DNA of 63,467 nucleotides, the filler included, from Craspedostauros australis (lineage: Eukaryota): the NCBI GenBank assembly GCA_030167865.1. It is 7 parts of 7 records of this genome, joined end to end, with 100 filler letters (N's around TTAATTAATTAA, not from the genome) between each part and the next. Parts side by side here need not be neighbours in the genome. Positions count along the whole stretch, not along the records: positions 58,168 to 60,892 come from JALAGF010004413.1; positions 60,993 to 63,467 come from JALAGF010004420.1; 5 more parts are not named here. One strand, given 5' to 3'. The notes under the pieces were generated by a model. It saw nothing but the letters and a program-made list of their open reading frames with translations, was not told the origin of the DNA and ran no database searches. Both the position numbers and the translations under genes were made by a program. This document shows positions 58,169 to 63,467 of the stretch, piece by piece. How positions within the stretch are numbered: position 1 is the first letter of the stretch; every line of letters begins with the position of its first letter.

Positions 58169-59458
58169 ACCAGCTCCCTCATCTTGGCTCACATCGCCAC
58201 CACCGCCACCGCTGATGATGGTGCCGCCAACCTCCGCGTCCCAGCCAACAAAGAAGAAAAGGTCGCCGGAAACAGCAAGCTCTCCTGGACTTACTACGGA
58301 AACAATGAGAGAAAGATCGAGGAGGTCACCGGCGTCACCAAGAAGCTCCGCCGCCTCAAGGATGACNNCAAGCCACCCGTTTCTTCCGACCCCAAGTCTG
58401 ACAAGGCCAACGGCATGAAGAACAAGAAGGCCAAGGACAGCGACATGACCCCTGCCACCTTCCTGAGCACGCTCGGAACACCAAGCACCGCCGCCGGAGT
58501 TGCTCTCCTCGCTGTCATCAAGAAAGAGGCCGACCTCCTCGAGATCTTCGCCAGCCAGGCCAGCACCGCCGCCGGTGTCGCCCTCTTCAACGACATCAGC
58601 GGAAAGACCGGCGTCCTCGAGGCATTCACTGCCGGAGCCGCTGCTGACGGAGATATGTTCACCGGAACCGCCGCCGAAGCCGCTGCCTGGTGCGGCAAAG
58701 CAGGACGCACCTGCTGCACTGGAACCGACGCTTGCTCTTGGGTGGGCATCGCCTCCATCGCATCCAACAGCTGCGTCGGCAAGGAGGCTTGCAAAAGCAT
58801 CGAGACCCAGTCCATCATCTTCCAGGGATCCTGCATCAGCGGCACCGGGGCCAACGATGACAAAGCATGCGCATACTTCAACTTCAACTCCGGATCCAAG
58901 AAGGCCTCTATTGTGGCCCCAGGATCCTGCACGGGAGACATGTCGTGCTACGCCTTCGCCCAGCAGGCCAACGGTGATGCCATCATCGGAGCAGGTTCCT
59001 GCAAGGGAACCCTCGGCTGCGCCGCCATGGGTGCTGGACCAGCATCCTACGCCAACATCACACCAGACCAGGGCAACGGCACCACCGACAACAAGCGTGT
59101 CTCCGACACCATCGTCGGGGCCAAATCCTGCACCAACAACTTCTCGTGTTCGTACGTCAACTCCCACGTCAGTAACACTTACACGACCCCATACACCCCA
59201 TACAACCAGTTCGAGGGATCCACCATGATTGGCGATGGCACCTGCGTTCCAGCCAGCTCTTGCCGATACTTGGGATACCAGTACTACTGGAGCGCCGACA
59301 TCAACCTCTCCGATGGCGTGTGCAACGACATGCCTGTTGCCAAATACACCGGATGCAGCTACTGCTACTACGACAAAACGGCCGCCAACACTTGCACGCC
59401 TCTCACTGCCGTTCTCACCATCCCTTCCGGCAGCTCCTGCCCAGCCTGCGCCTCTTAA
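58169..59458 (+). CDS. Secreted Cys-rich repeat protein (IGxGSCxxxxxC repeats), 5' end lost in gap
   Basis: Tail of a signal peptide (TSSLILAHIATTATA-DD), NLR and RRL motifs, Lys-rich linker, then about 7 repeats of (I/V)xxx(S/T)CxxxxxC. Strong C-ending codon bias. Confidence 0.8.
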   Translation, partial: TSSLILAHIATTATADDGAANLRVPANKEEKVAGNSKLSWTYYGNNERKIEEVTGVTKKLRRLKDDXKPPVSSDPKSDKANGMKNKKAKDSDMTPATFLSTLGTPSTAAGVALLAVIKKEADLLEIFASQASTAAGVALFNDISGKTGVLEAFTAGAAADGDMFTGTAAEAAAWCGKAGRTCCTGTDACSWVGIASIASNSCVGKEACKSIETQSIIFQGSCISGTGANDDKACAYFNFNSGSKKASIVAPGSCTGDMSCYAFAQQANGDAIIGAGSCKGTLGCAAMGAGPASYANITPDQGNGTTDNKRVSDTIVGAKSCTNNFSCSYVNSHVSNTYTTPYTPYNQFEGSTMIGDGTCVPASSCRYLGYQYYWSADINLSDGVCNDMPVAKYTGCSYCYYDKTAANTCTPLTAVLTIPSGSSCPACAS

Positions 59459-60312
59459 GCGGCTTGTCTGCTCAGCGGCAGCGGCACCAAGGGAACGACC
59501 CACTTCTCTGACCGGATCAGCTCCACGCCAAACCCAAGTCTTGAAGGGCTTGAGCCAACGACGGATGATGATCTCATCATCGTCTCCAAATGGTGCCTTC
59601 CGCCCAACTGAAATATGCAAAGCACAATTACCTGCAAAGCAGCACCAAAGGCAGATGATGAGAAAGCACAGCAAGCATCTGCAAAAGTAGTGAACGTGCC
59701 AACCCAAAGAACGTCAGCAATCACATTCCCAGGACGAGAAATCGATGCACTCCCACATTTTGACCAACTTCTCACAGCCCCAACAGGCGACGTCCACAGT
59801 ACCAAAATATTATCACACATGTCTGAGTAGAAACATCAAATTACCACACACAAAAACGCCCTTCTGATGTTTGCTTACTTGTGTGCCGTATCGGGTCCAC
59901 CTCCGCCTCTGCGACGAGGTGCGATTTTCGCCACGAGTACGATCGTTGCACCATACGCATGATGCTGATATGCCAAACAGAGATACATGTGAAACCGTTG
60001 AATTGGCGTTGCGGTGTGAACACAGGTGTCAACTAATCAGGAAGTAGCAGTAGCGTATTTGAGCGTACATGTTGCACTCAGTAAGAATCATAATCTGCGT
60101 TCTTACGCTTTTACAACTCATTTTGGGTTTCATGCATGTAATGACTTGATGCCATGCGCTGGTACGATTGTTGTTGAAAGCCTCTGTTGGGAATCGAGGG
60201 TAAGACTTTGTCGGAATACCCATGATTGCCGCACCTCCCAACATTATTTGTCACAACATTGAATATTATTCGTCACATGTTCGGAGACTATTCATCACAC
60301 CTTTGAATACCG

Positions 60313-60892
60313 TGTCATTATGACGATGACTAAGGACAGGGACGTGATTGATACCTGTACTACCGCGAGGAGGGTAGTCTGTCCTCTGGTAACATAAAGA
60401 CAACACCTACGGCGGGTCAGGAGGTCCCAATACCAAACCAACCAAGGCAACCATGCAGACAACGACGTCGATCAGAACAGCAGGTCAATGGGCAAGTGAC
60501 GCACCCCCTTCAGAGGACAGCACGCGCCCCTCCTGCGGACAAGAACATCCGAAGGTTTGGAACATCACCAAGGATGACACCAATCGTGAGACGATGGTGT
60601 CATGAGATCAACAACGGAAACATATGACAGGCAAGTACTCAGGACTGCAGATTCCTACCATGCGAACGTAGACAGCTACAAAGATGCAGAGGCAAACAAC
60701 AAAGATGCCAAGATAAGGATGCAAGAACAGAGCATGATGAATGCAGAGAGAAGCACCTAGGAACACAAGGACACCCCGTGTCGCCACTGCAGTAGACAAC
60801 TGCCATGAAATCGAAATTGGAAGAGAAAGTGAGATTGAGCTCACAGTTCTAAAACGGTACAGTTTCTAACAGCAGATTAAATTACAGTACTA
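60313..60892 (+). mobile_element. Possible LTR (5' part) of a copia element
   Basis: Begins TGTCA at a composition change, A-rich and non-coding, runs into the gap before a copia polyprotein. No second copy is visible, and adjacency crosses a linker. Confidence 0.35.
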
Positions 60893-60992
60893 NNNNNNNN
60901 NNNNNNNNNNNNNNNNNNNNNNNNNNNNNNNNNNNNTTAATTAATTAANNNNNNNNNNNNNNNNNNNNNNNNNNNNNNNNNNNNNNNNNNNN

Positions 60993-63467
60993 ACCACCAT
61001 GGAGTTCGATACCCTCGTTGAGCTCGTCCGTTCGTACGCTGTCCAACTCGATGGCCACGACGCCAACAAGCCAAAGACGCCGCGCCAGGTCAACAACACC
61101 GACCAGCGCAAGCAAAGCGGGAAGGATAAGGACGACGGACCCAATCTCTGGAAGCACAACAAGGACTACAGCAAGGAGACGCGAGAACGGCTGCCGCGAG
61201 AGGAGTTCCAGAAGCTGTCGGATAAGCAACGCAGCGACTTCCTCCAAGCCCGGCGAGCCAAGTCTGGACGTGGTAAGAAGGACAAGCCTAGGCGTTCCGC
61301 CAACAACACCAATCGCAGTGGATCCACATCCAACCAGAACGACCAACAGGACACCCAGACCAACGACCAAGGTAGTAACAATAACAAATCTAGTTCTACC
61401 GGTGGCACAGCAATCAACCGTATGCTATCCAGTGCCATGTCTAGCGCGTCCGGGAGCCCGCCGGCTACCCTCGTCATTGACGGTCGCACCTACACCCTGT
61501 CTCACACGAACGTATCGTACAAGTTCAACAACGCGAACGTGACTGTGNNNNNNNNNNNNNNNNNNNNNNNNNNNNNNNNNNNNNNNNNNNNNNNNNNNNN
61601 NNNNNNNNNNNNNNNNNNNNNNNNNNNNNNNNNNNNNNNNNNNNNNNNNNNNNCAGAGATCAAGGATCTGGCGCTGGTCACGGCCACCGCTGTCATCCAG
61701 ACCACCTCAGGACCGGTGATCGGTTGGTTCCATCAGTATGCCAACTACGGGAAAGGACGCACCATCCATTCTGCCAATCAACTCGCAGCGTTTGGGTTGG
61801 ATGTCAATGAGCGACCCAAGAACCTCCCTGGCGGTCGGCAGACCATCGTCACGCCAGACGGATTCATCATCCCGCTCACCGTGCGTCAAGGCCTCGCATA
61901 CATGGANATGCACAAGCCAACTCANGCAGAGCTAGACGATCTGCCACACGTGTTCTTCACTTCCGACCAAGAGTGGGACCCATCTGTCCTGGACGGGGAG
62001 GCTGATCTGGACGACATTCCCGCAACCGAACGCGGCGAAGACGGAGACATCGACATCACCATCTCCAAGTGCGTTCAGTACGTTCAATCCGCTGCAACGC
62101 TCGGGGATGGGGAGAAGGCAACCAAGGCCGGGCCACGCAGCATCGTGGGTAAAGCGCCCAATTTCCATGCGCTACGGCCATACTTCGGGTGGATTCCAGC
62201 AGACCGCGTGCGTGACACTCTTGCATGTACTACCCAGTGGTACCGCATGTCTGAGCGTTATCCCATGCGTAAACACTATAAATCTAGATTCCCCGCAGCC
62301 AATGTCAGTCGACTACACGATGTTGTTTCCATGGACACGTTGTTCTCTGACACGCCTGCTCATCATGATGGNNNNNNNNNNNNNNNNNNNNNNNNNNNNN
62401 NNNNNNNNNNNNNNNNNNNNNNNNNNNNNNNNNNNNNNNNNNNNNNNNNNNNNNNNNNNTCCCATGTTCCCCATGTTGTCCAGGACTTCATTCGGGAGCA
62501 TGGTGCCATGGACGTGTTGATGTCCGACAACGCCACGGCGCAGATTGGAGGCCAGATGAAGGACATCCTCCGGCAGTACTGCATTGCAGGCCACCAGTCC
62601 GAACCACACCACCAACATCAGAATCCTGTCGAGCGACGCATCCAGGATATCAAGCGCACCACCAACGGCATCATGGACCGAACTGGCACCCCTGCCAGGT
62701 TCTGGCTCNTCTGCACCTTGTACGTCGTGGGACTGCTCAACCACCTGTCACAGTCCACNGCCGGTCACATCACACCCATCCAAGCCGCCACTGGCCAACG
62801 TCCCGACGTGAGCAAGTACCTCAGCTTCCACTGGTGGGAGCCGGTGTACTACAAGGTTGGGAATGCTGCCTTCCCTGGCACCACGCAAGAACGACGTGGA
62901 CGCTGGGCTGGACCGTGCGAGCACAAGGGTGACGAACTGACGTTCTGGGTACTGGATGACGCGACACAACGGCTGTTGCCACGCTCGAGCATCCGACGTG
63001 TGTCTGATGACGCGCGGAACCTTCGGGCAGACTACCCCCTGCCTGATTCTGGGGAGGATGGTAACGTGGGTGACGAAGCTAGCGAAACCGAAAGTCCAGA
63101 AGATTTGGACAGTGACAGCACACCTAAAGCTAGACAACCCGTNGTGCATGCACTATCTGACCTGGTAGCCACATCACATGGAGAATCAGATCCAGGTGTA
63201 GTCAAAGTCCCCAAGTTCAGTCCTGATGAGCTGCTCGGATTGACCTTCCTCCATCAACAGGATGGCCTCAAGTGGAGGGCTCGCGTAATCCGCAAGATCA
63301 AGGACGGAGACGCAGCCAACCATGACAACATCAAGATGCTCATCGCATACGGCGATGACGACACCGAAGAACTCATTGCGTATACGGATCTAGCTGACAT
63401 CATCGAACAGCAGCACGAACAGGAGATCGGCGACGGGGAGATGTGCGTTTTCAAAGCCATCACCGGT
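60993..63467 (+). mobile_element. Ty1/copia CoDi-I-like gag-pol fragment (gag end, protease region, integrase), running off the window
   Basis: My own translation (absent from the ORF track): RLPREEFQKLSDKQR; HQYANYGKGRTIHSANQL..GGRQTIVTPDGFIIPL; LPHVFFTSDQEWDPSVLD; RPYFGW; MRKHYKSRFPAANV..MDTLFSD; LMSDNA; SEPHHQHQNPVERRIQDIK; FHWWEPVYY. Confidence 0.9.

Noticed and set aside
28523..60948. Six identical TTAATTAATTAA motifs as a biological repeat
   Set aside because: Always centred in N padding and encode stops in all frames: assembly linkers. Adjacency across them is not evidence of real linkage.

Overview
Eukaryotic nuclear DNA, most likely from a diatom (probably pennate). Evidence: short GT-AG introns, signal peptides followed by RxL motifs, an ASAF plastid-targeting motif, a silaffin-like Lys-rich repeat protein and diatom-type retroelements. 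The species cannot be fixed from sequence alone. The window is a draft scaffold with six artificial N-TTAATTAATTAA-N linkers, so contig order across them is uncertain. Bases 1-39 kb are gene-rich: a claudin-like membrane protein, a membrane-anchored metallophosphoesterase, two glycosyltransferase-like proteins, a Cys-repeat surface protein, serine dehydratase, a tubby/LURP-like protein with Tyr-rich repeats, a GPI-anchored Cys protein, a silaffin-like (T/S)KxP repeat protein, a TrhO/TSTD2 rhodanese fused to an RRM, a plastid PPPDE-like protein, a NEF1 homologue and two proteins with RVxF-like motifs. At 40729-49317 lies an apparently full-length 8.6 kb non-LTR retrotransposon (ORF1; APE-RT-RNase H-CCHC; Ambal-like) with a perfect 18-bp target-site duplication. 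The remainder holds an ABCG half-transporter, a secreted Cys-rich repeat protein and fragments of three distinct Ty1/copia elements. All family calls come from motif recognition by eye, not database searches.
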